64,000 nt of DNA from an uncultured Klebsiella sp. (lineage in GTDB: Bacteria > Verrucomicrobiota > Verrucomicrobiia > Limisphaerales > SXTU01): contig CAZOCL010000004.1 of NCBI GenBank assembly GCA_964578245.1, forward strand, positions 39 to 64,038, read 5' to 3'. The position numbers and the translations under genes are program-made. A model generated the notes under the pieces. That model was not told the origin of the DNA, searched no databases, and was given only the letters and a program-made list of their open reading frames with translations. Below, piece after piece: positions 18,117 to 27,683 of this stretch. How positions within the stretch are numbered: position 1 is the stretch's first letter; each line of letters opens with the position of its first letter.

Positions 18117-19244
18117 GTGACTCTGCTCTTTTGCGAACCCAATCCGGCCTATGGCGGGGGCTCGGAGCAGGTGTGCCTGGACCTGGCACGGGGGCTGGCG
18201 GCACGCGGTCACCGGATCGCGCTGGTGCACGATCATGCGGGCACCATGCTCCCGGCTTACGAAGCGGCCGGCGCGGTGCGACATCAGATGCCGTTGAGAC
18301 CTTTCGGCTGGCGGACCCTGGTGGCGAGCTTTGGACGGGCCTGGCGCATCGGGCAACTGGCTCGCACGCTCGGCGCGGAAGCGATCGTGGCTTCGGAGGT
18401 GCATTACCTCCGGCTGCTCGCCCTGGCTTCGCGGATGAGCGGCATCCCGGTGCTCTTCCATCTGGGCCTGGCGGCGACGCACCGTGAGTGGTCCTGGGCG
18501 CGTGCCTATCGGACCATTCGCGCCGGAATCGCTCCCTCTGCGCATACGCTGAAGTCCTGGCGGGACTCCGGCTGGCCGGCGGAAACCTTGACCGAGATAC
18601 CGAACGGCGTGGACACGAACCGGTTTCGCCCGGTGGCGGACAAAGGTGCGCTCCGCACCCAGCTCGGGCTGCCCGTGAAGGCGACGCTCATCAACCACAC
18701 GGGCCGGCTGTCCCAAGCCAAGGGCACCGGCACCTTGATCGAAGCGTTCGCCCGGCTCCAAACGACTCTGCCCGACAGCGTGCTCGTGCTCGTGGGCAAG
18801 GATGAAGCTGCAGCGGACCAGTGGCCGCGCCGCGTGGCCGAGCTGGGCATCCCGGCGGAGCGCGTGAAATTCCTCGGTGCACGTCCCAATCCCGAGGCGT
18901 TCATGGCGGCCGCAGATCTGGTGGTGGCGGCCAGTGAGTGCGAGGAATCGTTCGGTCTGACGGTGGTCGAGGGCATGGCCTGCGGCGTGCCGGTGATCAC
19001 CTCGACGATCGGCATTCTGCCGCGCTTGCTGGGCCCCGGACAGGGCGACCGGGTGGTGCGGCCCGGCGACGTGCCGGGCTTGGCCAAAGCCATTGAACTG
19101 ACGCTTCAACAACCGGTCGCTGGTGAGGGCCCGGCCTTGCGCGCCCGCGTCTTGGAGCACTTCAGTGCGGAAAAAACGTGCGGCGCGTATGAGCAGGTGT
19201 TGTTGCGCTGGCGGTCCACCGTCCCGGCTGCGGTGGTCGGTTGA
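18117..19244 (+). CDS. glycosyltransferase family 4
   Basis: GTG start. VVAASECEESFGLTVVEGMACGVPVITSTIG. Confidence 0.85.
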   Translation: MTLLFCEPNPAYGGGSEQVCLDLARGLAARGHRIALVHDHAGTMLPAYEAAGAVRHQMPLRPFGWRTLVASFGRAWRIGQLARTLGAEAIVASEVHYLRLLALASRMSGIPVLFHLGLAATHREWSWARAYRTIRAGIAPSAHTLKSWRDSGWPAETLTEIPNGVDTNRFRPVADKGALRTQLGLPVKATLINHTGRLSQAKGTGTLIEAFARLQTTLPDSVLVLVGKDEAAADQWPRRVAELGIPAERVKFLGARPNPEAFMAAADLVVAASECEESFGLTVVEGMACGVPVITSTIGILPRLLGPGQGDRVVRPGDVPGLAKAIELTLQQPVAGEGPALRARVLEHFSAEKTCGAYEQVLLRWRSTVPAAVVG

Positions 19245-19259
19245 GGGTCACGCCCGGGG

Positions 19260-20366
19260 ATGGATGCCAAACCGCACTCAGTCCGGCTGCCCTCCTTGGA
19301 CGGATGGCGGGCGCTCAGCATCCTGCTGGTGCTGGGCGGACACTGCACCTACACCGCGGGTTTTCCTCCCGGGCTGCGGGATGGATTTGTGGCGGTGTTC
19401 GACGGCGCGCTGGGCGTGCGCTTCTTCTTCTGCATCAGCGGGTTTCTCATTACTTACCTGATGCTGCAGGAGGCGGACCGCACGGGCCGCATGAGCCTGC
19501 GGGATTTTTATGTGCGCCGGACGCTGCGGATTCTGCCGGTGTATTTCCTGTTTCTGGCGGTCCTGTTTGGGCTGCAACAGTTCACCCCGCTGAAGCTCAG
19601 TTCCGCCGAGTGGTTCAGCAGCCTGACGTTCACCGTGAATTTTGGTTCCAAGCAATGGGTGAACGGCCACCTGTGGTCCCTCGCGGTGGAGGAGCAGTTT
19701 TACCTGTGCTGGCCGGTGGTGTTTGCGCTCGGCGGCCTGGCCGCCAGTCGACAGCGCGTGCTGGCGGTGCTGGCGGTCCCCATCCTGGTGACGCCGGGGC
19801 TGCGGGTGCTCTGCCATTTGAAGCTGCTCCCGGGTGCGGGGTGGAGCTGTGAACTCCTGCACGCGCTGCTGGTCCATGTGGATGTGCTGGCCATCGGCTG
19901 CGTGGGGGCGGTGATCTACAAGGATCACTCCGAGACGCTGCGGCGCTGGCTGTGCTCCCGGCCGGGACTGGTCAGCGGCCTCGCGGTGAGCCTCATCATC
20001 CTGCCGCTCGTGTTGCAACGGCATTTTCTGGCGGGCTTTTTCACCGTCCCGCTGGCGGTGCCGTGCGAGACGCTGGGCTTCGTCACCTTGATGCTTCAGA
20101 GCGTGCTGCTGCCCGGCTGGGGTGTCTATCGGGTGCTGAATTCGGCGGTGGCGTGCCAGTTGGGCGTGCTCTCCTATTCGCTCTACATCTGGCAACAGTT
20201 GTTCTGCGCCCCGCCGGCGACCTACGGTCTGGAGCAGGCGTGGTGGCTGGCCTTCCCCGGCTGGCTGGTGCCCGCGCTCGGCGTGGCGGCCCTCTCTTAT
20301 TACGGGTTCGAGCGGCCGTTCCTTTCCTTGCGCGCCCGTTTCCGCCGCGTTGTGCCTGTCGCCTGA
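19260..20366 (+). CDS. acyltransferase family 3 (AT3)
   Basis: LPSLDGWRALSILLVLGGH...FFFCISGFLITYL...WSLAVEEQFY, multi-TM. Confidence 0.85.
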   Translation: MDAKPHSVRLPSLDGWRALSILLVLGGHCTYTAGFPPGLRDGFVAVFDGALGVRFFFCISGFLITYLMLQEADRTGRMSLRDFYVRRTLRILPVYFLFLAVLFGLQQFTPLKLSSAEWFSSLTFTVNFGSKQWVNGHLWSLAVEEQFYLCWPVVFALGGLAASRQRVLAVLAVPILVTPGLRVLCHLKLLPGAGWSCELLHALLVHVDVLAIGCVGAVIYKDHSETLRRWLCSRPGLVSGLAVSLIILPLVLQRHFLAGFFTVPLAVPCETLGFVTLMLQSVLLPGWGVYRVLNSAVACQLGVLSYSLYIWQQLFCAPPATYGLEQAWWLAFPGWLVPALGVAALSYYGFERPFLSLRARFRRVVPVA

Positions 20367-21610
20367 TGAGCCAGCCCAAGTCCATCGTGCTCCTCACCGG
20401 GTCGCACCTGAGCAACAACCCGCGCGTGGTAAAGGAGGCGGATGCGCTGAGCGCAGCGGGGTTCGAGGTGGAGGTGCTCGGCTGGATCGTGGACGCGCGC
20501 CGCGCGGAGGAGGATCGGGCAATGATGCGCGGCCGGGCCTGGCGGTTCACGCCCGTGGTGAACCTGCTCGAAGGCTCGCGCGCCACGCGCTTGCGCTGGC
20601 TGTTCTGGCGAATCGAACGGCGGATCGCCCGGATGCTTGCTGACCTTGCAGGTGTCGAAACCGCGGGCCAGCTCGGTGGCTGGCGGCGGGCACTGCTCGC
20701 GGCCGCCCGCCAGCGGCGGGCGGATCTGTTCATCGCCCATTCCGCCGTGACCCTGTGGGTTGCGGAACAGCTCCAGCGCGACGGACGAACGGTGGGCGTG
20801 GACATGGAGGACTGGTTCTCCCGCGAGCACCTGACCGAATTTCCCTCCAAGCTGGTCGCTGGCATCGAGGCGCGGCTGCTGGATGCTTGCGCGCACGCCA
20901 CCTGCACCTCCGAGGCGATGAGCCAGGCCATGGCGGCTGATTTCAAGTGCCGCCCGCCGCTCCCGCTTTACAATGCCTTTCATTGGGCCGAGCGCGACCG
21001 CCTCGACGGCGCACTGCGGGACCGCAAGGACCGCAGCCGGATGTCGCTGCACTGGTATTCGCAGACCATCGGTCCAGGCCGTGGACTGGAGGAATTGTTT
21101 CTTGCGCTGCCCCTCCTGCGTGGTGATCTGGAAATCCATCTGCGTGGCTCGCTGGGTCAGACGGGCGGGGACTGGTTGGACGGTCTGATCCCGGCCGGCT
21201 GGCGGGAGCGAGTGCATGTCCATCCTCAGGTTCCCAATGCAGAACTGCTTTCGCGCATCGCCGAGCACGATGTGGGCCTGGCGGGGGAGATCAAGCTGAC
21301 CCGCAGCCGTGATCTCACCGTGACCAACAAGATCCTCCAATACCTGCTCGCCGGGCTCGCCGTGGTGGCGAGTGACACCGCGGGCCAGCGCGAAGTGGCA
21401 GCGCGCGCGCCGGCAGCTATCTTCCTCTACCGGTCGGACGATCCGGCGTCCCTGGCCGACCAGCTCAACCGCCTGCTGGCCGAGCCCGAATTGCTGGCCC
21501 GCGCGAAGGCCGCCGCACTCGCCGGCGCGCGGGAACACTTCTCTTGGGAACCACTCGCTCCCCGGCTGGTCGAATCCGTAACCGTGGCCGTCACGGGCCG
21601 AAAATCCTGA
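20366..21610 (+). CDS. glycosyltransferase, GT-B fold (GT4-like)
   Basis: ATG 20366 shares one nt with the upstream TGA (TGATG) and lies inside track ORF 19952-21610. MSQPKSIVLLTGSHLSNNPRVVKEADAL...VTNKILQYLLAGLAVVASDTAGQREV. Confidence 0.6.
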   Translation: MSQPKSIVLLTGSHLSNNPRVVKEADALSAAGFEVEVLGWIVDARRAEEDRAMMRGRAWRFTPVVNLLEGSRATRLRWLFWRIERRIARMLADLAGVETAGQLGGWRRALLAAARQRRADLFIAHSAVTLWVAEQLQRDGRTVGVDMEDWFSREHLTEFPSKLVAGIEARLLDACAHATCTSEAMSQAMAADFKCRPPLPLYNAFHWAERDRLDGALRDRKDRSRMSLHWYSQTIGPGRGLEELFLALPLLRGDLEIHLRGSLGQTGGDWLDGLIPAGWRERVHVHPQVPNAELLSRIAEHDVGLAGEIKLTRSRDLTVTNKILQYLLAGLAVVASDTAGQREVAARAPAAIFLYRSDDPASLADQLNRLLAEPELLARAKAAALAGAREHFSWEPLAPRLVESVTVAVTGRKS

Positions 21611-21634
21611 TCACGCCGGTTTGAATCGTTGCTG

Positions 21635-22666
21635 ATGAAGATCCTTGTCTCAGTTGATCCGGAAGTCCCGGTCCCGCCCCGCCTCTACGGGGGCATCGAG
21701 CGCATTGTGGACGGCCTGGTGACCGAGCTGCGCCTGCGCGGGCATCAGGTGGGGCTGGTCGCCCACCCGGATTCCACGTGTCCGGTCGAGCAGTTCTTCC
21801 CGTGGCCCGCACGGGCACCGGGCAGCCGGCCGGACAATCTGAAACACACGCTCACGCTCTGGCGTGCGTCGCGCGCGTTCCGGCCTGACGTGGTGCACAG
21901 TTTCTCGCGGCTCGGCTATCTGCTCCCCCTGCTGCTCACGGGCCAGCCGGCGATCATGTCGTATCAGCGGCACACGGGCGGTCCGCGCCTGCGCATCATG
22001 GCCGGGCTGGGCGGGGACCGGTTCGCCTTCACCGGGTGCAGCGAATACATCGCGCGGATGGGCCGCGCGGTCGCGGGCCGCTGGAGCGGCATCCCGAACT
22101 TCGTGGACACCGGGTTCTATCAGTTTCGCGCGCAGGTGCCGGCGGATGCGCCGCTGGTTTTCCTGAGCCGCGTGGAACGCATCAAAGGCACCCATACCGC
22201 CATCGAGATCGCCCGCCGGGCGGGACGCCGGCTCATCATCGCTGGCAATCAGGCGGACAACGCCGAGGGCCAGACGTATTGGAAGACTGAAGTTGAACCA
22301 CACTTGCGCGCCGGCGTGGTGGAGTATGTCGGTCCGGTGGATGACCGGCAGAAGAACGAATTGCTCGGCAGCGCGCTGGGCATGCTGGTGCCGGTCGAGT
22401 GGGGCGAGCCCTTCGGGATCGTGTTCGCCGAGGCGCTGGCCTGCGGGACGCCGGTAATTTCCTGTCCCTTGGGCGCACTGCCCGAGATTGTCCGCGAGGG
22501 CGTGGATGGCTTTTTGATCAACGACGTCCCGGCTGGCGTGGCGGCGGTGGGCAAGCTGGCTTCGCTCCGCCGGTCAGACTGCCGGGAGCGCGTCGAGCAG
22601 CTCTTCTCGCGAACGGTCGTGGGCACGCAGTATGAACAGCTTTACCGTGAGCTTGCCACCCGCTAG
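21635..22666 (+). CDS. glycosyltransferase family 4
   Basis: ATG 21635 (MKILVSVDPE), two codons after TTG 21629. MLVPVEWGEPFGIVFAEALACGTPVISCPLGALPEIV. Confidence 0.85.
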   Translation: MKILVSVDPEVPVPPRLYGGIERIVDGLVTELRLRGHQVGLVAHPDSTCPVEQFFPWPARAPGSRPDNLKHTLTLWRASRAFRPDVVHSFSRLGYLLPLLLTGQPAIMSYQRHTGGPRLRIMAGLGGDRFAFTGCSEYIARMGRAVAGRWSGIPNFVDTGFYQFRAQVPADAPLVFLSRVERIKGTHTAIEIARRAGRRLIIAGNQADNAEGQTYWKTEVEPHLRAGVVEYVGPVDDRQKNELLGSALGMLVPVEWGEPFGIVFAEALACGTPVISCPLGALPEIVREGVDGFLINDVPAGVAAVGKLASLRRSDCRERVEQLFSRTVVGTQYEQLYRELATR

Positions 22667-22736
22667 TGCCGTGCTGGATCAAACGAGCACGGGCGAGCCT
22701 GGTCCGGCCTCCCGGGGCCGTCCCCCGTCCGCCAAG

Positions 22737-24050
22737 ATGAAGAAACTGCTCATCGTCAGTCCGCACTTTCCGCCGATGAACACGCCGGACCTCCAGCGGG
22801 TGCGGACGTCGTTGAGCTACTACGCGGAGAACGGCTGGGAGCCCACCGTGCTCACCATGGAGCCGCCCGAAGGCCGGGAGGGCTGTGACGACCTGCTGGC
22901 GCGTTCGGTGTCGAAGGACATCCGGGTCATTTCGGTGCCCGCATGGCGCGAGCGTAATTGCCGGCGTTTCGGGTTCGGTCACGCCGATTACCGCTACCCG
23001 GTTCCGCTCCATCGCGCTGGTGCGCGACTGCTTGCCGCGGAGCGCTTCGACCTGGCCTTTTTCTCGACCACCGTCTTCAACACGATGGCGCTGGGCCGCC
23101 GCTGGCGCAGCCGGTTTGGGCTGCCCTACGTGCTGGATTTGCAGGACCCATGGTATTCCGGGATCACGGGACGTTACCGCCTCACCAAGGCCCCCGGGGG
23201 CATGCTCAAGTATTGCGTGAGCGAAGGCATCGCGCGCTTCCTTGAGCCTTACACGCTGCGCCGCGCCGCCCATCTCATCTCGGTGTCCGAGGGTTACGTG
23301 GACACGCTGACACGCCGTTACCCGTGGCTGGCCCGTGACCGCTTCACGGTGCTGCCTTTCGGTGCGCCCGAAGGGGACTTCGAGCTGCTGCGAAAGGCTT
23401 CCGTCACGCAGCGAATTTTCCAGCCGGAACCCGGTCGGCGCAACTGGGTTTATGTCGGCCGCGGCGGTCCCGATCTCGTGCCGGTGTTGCGCATGCTGTT
23501 TCGGGCGGTGGCGGAGGCGCGCCGGGCCGATCCCGCGCGCTGGGCGGCCGTGCGGTTTCACTTTGTCGGCACCAACTATTCCCCGGCCCACCGGACCTTC
23601 AAGGTCGTGGAGCCGGTGGCGATCGAGGAAGGCGTGGGAGACCTGGTGGCGGAGCATCCGGTGCGGATTCCCTATTTCGAGGCGCTGAAGGTGCTGGCGG
23701 ATAGCGACGGCATCATCCTCCCTGGCTCCCGCTTCGCTGAATACACCGCGTCGAAGCTCCTGCCCTGCCTGCTGGCACAACGACCATTACTAGCCATCTT
23801 CGACGAGCGGAGCCTGGTGGCCAAGCTCCTGCGGAGCTGCCCGGGCACGCGGCTGGCGGCGTTTGCTGATGCGGGCCAGATGGAGCAGGCGGACGCAGGG
23901 TTGCGCGCGGGCCTTGAGTGGCTGCTCACCCTACCCCAAGGGGTGCCGCATCAGGTGGACTGGAGTGCGCTGGAAGCCTACACCGCGCGCCGGCTCACGG
24001 CGCGTCAGTGCGAGATTTTTGACCGTTGCGTCGTGGCGTCCAAAGCCTGA
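22737..24050 (+). CDS. glycosyltransferase-like protein (GT-B fold, divergent)
   Basis: ATG 22737 (MKKLLIVSPHFPPMNTPDLQRVR) is codon 36 of track ORF 22632-24050. The C-terminal half has a Rossmann-like pattern, but no clear EX7E motif. Confidence 0.5.
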   Translation: MKKLLIVSPHFPPMNTPDLQRVRTSLSYYAENGWEPTVLTMEPPEGREGCDDLLARSVSKDIRVISVPAWRERNCRRFGFGHADYRYPVPLHRAGARLLAAERFDLAFFSTTVFNTMALGRRWRSRFGLPYVLDLQDPWYSGITGRYRLTKAPGGMLKYCVSEGIARFLEPYTLRRAAHLISVSEGYVDTLTRRYPWLARDRFTVLPFGAPEGDFELLRKASVTQRIFQPEPGRRNWVYVGRGGPDLVPVLRMLFRAVAEARRADPARWAAVRFHFVGTNYSPAHRTFKVVEPVAIEEGVGDLVAEHPVRIPYFEALKVLADSDGIILPGSRFAEYTASKLLPCLLAQRPLLAIFDERSLVAKLLRSCPGTRLAAFADAGQMEQADAGLRAGLEWLLTLPQGVPHQVDWSALEAYTARRLTARQCEIFDRCVVASKA

Positions 24051-24062
24051 AACTTCCCGCCT

Positions 24063-25268
24063 GTGATTCTTTTCGGTCATCCGACTGGCAACCCGAACTC
24101 GCACCATGCTGCGCTGGCCCATTTCGAGGCTGGCCAGCTGGCGGCGTTTTGCGTTCCGTGGATGCCCTCGGCGGAAATGCTGGCCGTGCTGGCGAAGATT
24201 CCTTCCCTGCGTCGCATGGGCGGACGGCTGAGCCGGCGCTGGTTCGAGCCGTTGGTGAATGCGCCCAAGATCCAAGGGCGGCTGGGGGAATGGCGGCGGC
24301 TCCTCACCCGCGCGCTCGGGCATGACAATGAAGGCCTGGCCTACGAAGCCAACGACTGGCTGATGGACACCATGGCTGTGGCCGCCCACCGCAACGACGT
24401 GACGGCGGTGCACAGCTACGAGGACTGCTCGTTGCGCCAGTTTGAAGCGGCGAAGCAGCTCGGGAAATCATGCATCTATGATCTGCCCATTGGCTACCAT
24501 CCAGCCTGGGAGATCACCCAGGCCAGGCTGCTGCGGGACTACAGTGACTGGCTGCCCCCCAGTGGCCTCTCCTCCAGCAAATGGGTCCGGCCGGACCAAA
24601 AGATCGCGGAAATGAAGCTGGCCGACTGCGTGCTGGTGGCATGTGACTTCGTGCGCAAGACCATGGAGCCCTACGTCAGCAAGCGGACGTTTCTTGTGCC
24701 CTATGGCGTGGATCATGTCTTCTGGCATCCGGCCCCGCAGCCGATGCGCAAGGACAAGCTGCGATTCATCTACGCCGGTCAGATTGGCCTGCGCAAAGGC
24801 ATCCCCCTGCTGCTGCAGGCGTGGGCGGCGGCGGCGCTGCCAGACGCGGAACTCGAGCTGGTGGGCACCTGGCAGTTGTCAGAGCGCCATCGCGCCAGCC
24901 TGCCCCCTTCCGTGGTGTGCCGGCCGCCCTGCTCGCGGGAGGAACTTCGCGAACGCTACCGCGCGGCCGATGTGTTTTTGTTTCCTTCCTTCTTCGAGGG
25001 ATTCGGCCTGGTGCTGCTCGAAGCCATGGCGTGCGGTCTGCCGGCCATCGCGTCCACGGCCACCGCTGGTCCCGACGTGCTCGATGATTCCTGCGGGAGG
25101 GTCGTCGAGGCGGGTGATCTGGAGCAGCTCGTGGAATCGTTGCGCTGGTTCGCCACACATCGTGACCAGCTCGGGGCGATGTCCCTCGCGGCGCGGGCGC
25201 GGGCTCAACAGCACACTTGGGAAAAATATCGGAAGCAGGTGAATGCCGCCGTGAGCAGTTTCGTTTGA
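24063..25268 (+). CDS. glycosyltransferase family 4 (tandem paralog 1)
   Basis: GTG start. MILFGHPTGNPNSHHAALAHFEAG...DVFLFPSFFEGFGLVLLEAMACGLPAIASTATAGPDVLDDSCGRVV. Confidence 0.85.
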   Translation: MILFGHPTGNPNSHHAALAHFEAGQLAAFCVPWMPSAEMLAVLAKIPSLRRMGGRLSRRWFEPLVNAPKIQGRLGEWRRLLTRALGHDNEGLAYEANDWLMDTMAVAAHRNDVTAVHSYEDCSLRQFEAAKQLGKSCIYDLPIGYHPAWEITQARLLRDYSDWLPPSGLSSSKWVRPDQKIAEMKLADCVLVACDFVRKTMEPYVSKRTFLVPYGVDHVFWHPAPQPMRKDKLRFIYAGQIGLRKGIPLLLQAWAAAALPDAELELVGTWQLSERHRASLPPSVVCRPPCSREELRERYRAADVFLFPSFFEGFGLVLLEAMACGLPAIASTATAGPDVLDDSCGRVVEAGDLEQLVESLRWFATHRDQLGAMSLAARARAQQHTWEKYRKQVNAAVSSFV

Positions 25269-25278
25269 TTTGCCGAGG

Positions 25279-26487
25279 ATGAGCATCTTATTCGGACATC
25301 CCACTGGAAATCAGGGCGCCCACCAGACGGCTCTGGCGTATCTCAGCGCCGGCTGCCTCGCGGCGTATTGCGTTTCTTGGATGCCCGCCAATGGGACCCT
25401 CCAGTTCTTCAAGGCAGTGCCCGGCCTCGCCGGGTGGGCCGGCCGGCTGGAGCGCCGGCGCTTCGCCCCGCTGGCCCATGCGCCGACCATCCAGGGCCGC
25501 TCCGGGGAATGGCCGCGGCTGCTGCAGCGGATGCTGGGCAAGGAGGACGAGGGGCTCGCCTACGAGACCAACGACTGGCTCATGCAGACCATGGCCAAGG
25601 CATGCGCCCGGCCGGACGTCAGCGCGGTGCACGCATATGAGGACTGCTCGCTGCTGCAGTTCGAAGCGGCGAAACGGCAAAACAAGGGCTGCATTTATAC
25701 CCTGCCCATCGGCTACCACCGAGTGTGGCAGGCGCAACGGACCGAACTGGCGCTCCGCTACGAGGACTGGCTGCCGGGCGACACCGTGGAAAACCGGTGG
25801 GAACGCCCGGCCCAAAAGGAGCGCGAGCTTGAGCTCGCCGACCTGATTTTCGTGGCGAGCACATTCGTGCGGGAGTCGTTGGGCGAACATGGTGCCCGCA
25901 AGCGTGTCGTGCTCACTCCTTACGGGATCGATCCGGATTTCTGGCTGCCCGGCGAGGGGCAGCGCGTTCGCGGGCGGCTGCGCTTCATTTGCGCCGGCCA
26001 CGTTTCCATCCGCAAGGGCGTGCCCTGGCTGCTGGATGCCTGGCAGAAGGCCGGCTTGAAGGATGCGGAGCTGGAACTGGTTGGACCCTGGCAACTGGAC
26101 CCGGCCCGCCGCGCGGCGCTGCCGGCCAATGTAACCCACCTGCCGCCGTGCTCGCGCGAAGCCCTGCGCGCCCGGTATCAGGCCGCCGACGTGCTGCTGT
26201 TCCCTTCCTTCTTCGAAGGCTTTGGCATGGTGCTGCTGGAGGCGATGGCCTGCGGTCTCCCGGCCATCGCCACCACCGCCACCGCCGGGCCGGACGTGCT
26301 GGATGACACCTGCGGCCGTGTCGTGGCCCCCGGGGATACCGACCAGCTCGTTGCGGCGCTGCGGTGGTTCGGAGAACACCGGGATCAGCTGCCCGCGCTG
26401 TCCCGCGCAGCCCGGGGCGTGGCGGAACGACAGACTTGGGAACGCTACCGCCGGACGGTCACCGACGCAGTGGCGGATTTTCGTTGA
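25279..26487 (+). CDS. glycosyltransferase family 4 (tandem paralog 2)
   Basis: ATG 25279 is preceded by GAGGA. MSILFGHPTGNQGAHQTALAYLSAG...DVLLFPSFFEGFGMVLLEAMACGLPAIATTATAGPDVLDDTCGRVV is colinear with the preceding gene. Confidence 0.85.
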   Translation: MSILFGHPTGNQGAHQTALAYLSAGCLAAYCVSWMPANGTLQFFKAVPGLAGWAGRLERRRFAPLAHAPTIQGRSGEWPRLLQRMLGKEDEGLAYETNDWLMQTMAKACARPDVSAVHAYEDCSLLQFEAAKRQNKGCIYTLPIGYHRVWQAQRTELALRYEDWLPGDTVENRWERPAQKERELELADLIFVASTFVRESLGEHGARKRVVLTPYGIDPDFWLPGEGQRVRGRLRFICAGHVSIRKGVPWLLDAWQKAGLKDAELELVGPWQLDPARRAALPANVTHLPPCSREALRARYQAADVLLFPSFFEGFGMVLLEAMACGLPAIATTATAGPDVLDDTCGRVVAPGDTDQLVAALRWFGEHRDQLPALSRAARGVAERQTWERYRRTVTDAVADFR

Positions 26488-26501
26488 ACGGGGCGTTAGC
26501 C

Positions 26502-27683
26502 GTGTCAGCTCAGCGTCCCATCCGTCGGCTTGCCTTTGTCGTCTCGCATCCCATCCAGTATTATGCACCGCTGCACCGGCGGCTCGCGGCGCAGCCGGAT
26601 CTCGCGGTCAAGGTCTTCTTCACCTGGCATGGTGGCAAGCAGGCGGTGCACGATCCCGGCTTCGGCCAGCGTGTGGCCTGGGACATCCCTCTCACGGAAG
26701 GCTACGAGCATGAAACCGTGCCCAACACCGCGCGCGATCCTGGCACCCATCACTTCTGGGGGCTGCGCAATCCGGAACTCGCCGCCCGGCTGCTGGCCTG
26801 GCAGCCGGATGCCGTGCATGTCACCGGTTACGCCTACGCCTCGCACCTGCGGATCATGCGGTGGCTGCCACGGCACGGCATTCCAGTGCTGTTCCGGGGT
26901 GATTCCCATCTGCTTGATGGCCGGTCCGGCTGGCGCTGGTGGCTCGCTCGCACGATCCTGCGCCGGGTCTATTCGTGGCCGGCGGCCTTCTTGCACGTCG
27001 GCCAGGCCAACCGCGCCTATTACCGCGCCTGCGGCGTGCCGGACGCGCGGCTCTTCCCCTGTCCGCACTCGATCGAGGTGGACCGGTTTGCCCAGCCGCA
27101 CGAGGTGCTTGAAGCCCAGGCCCGGGCCTGGCGTCAGGAATTGGGCTTGGCCGCGACCACGCGTGTGCTACTGTTCGTCGGCAAATTTGAACCGAAAAAG
27201 TGTCCCTTGGAACTGATGGATGCCTGTGCGACATGGCCGGCGGGTGACTGGCGGCTGCTCCTGGTAGGAGACGGCGAGCTGGGCGATGGTGTGCGTCGTC
27301 GGGCGGCGGCGCAGCCGGAGCGCTTCCAGGTGCTTCCCTTCCAAAATCAGAGCCGGATGCCCTTGGTTTATCGTCTGGGCGACGTGTTTGTGCTGCCTTC
27401 CGCGTATCAGGAAACCTGGGGTCTGGCCGTCAACGAGGCGCTGGCCTGCGGACGGCCTGCCCTGGTCAGCGACCGGGTGGGCTGCGCGGCGGATGTGATC
27501 CAGCCCGGCCGTAACGGGGCGGTCTTTCCGACGGGTGACTTTACTGCCCTGCGCGCGGCGTGGGAGCAATTCCGCGACCGGCCCCCGATTGCGGCGGCGG
27601 AGTTGCAGGCCTCGGCCCGTCAATTTGACATCGCCATCACGGCGGAGACGCTTACCGCCGCATTGCGGCAGCTAACTGCTTGA
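26502..27683 (+). CDS. glycosyltransferase family 4
   Basis: Start is GTG 26502, or TTG 26484 with a TTGA overlap; the track ORF begins at 26364 inside the previous gene. VFVLPSAYQETWGLAVNEALACGRPALVSDRVGCAADVI. Confidence 0.8.
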   Translation: MSAQRPIRRLAFVVSHPIQYYAPLHRRLAAQPDLAVKVFFTWHGGKQAVHDPGFGQRVAWDIPLTEGYEHETVPNTARDPGTHHFWGLRNPELAARLLAWQPDAVHVTGYAYASHLRIMRWLPRHGIPVLFRGDSHLLDGRSGWRWWLARTILRRVYSWPAAFLHVGQANRAYYRACGVPDARLFPCPHSIEVDRFAQPHEVLEAQARAWRQELGLAATTRVLLFVGKFEPKKCPLELMDACATWPAGDWRLLLVGDGELGDGVRRRAAAQPERFQVLPFQNQSRMPLVYRLGDVFVLPSAYQETWGLAVNEALACGRPALVSDRVGCAADVIQPGRNGAVFPTGDFTALRAAWEQFRDRPPIAAAELQASARQFDIAITAETLTAALRQLTA

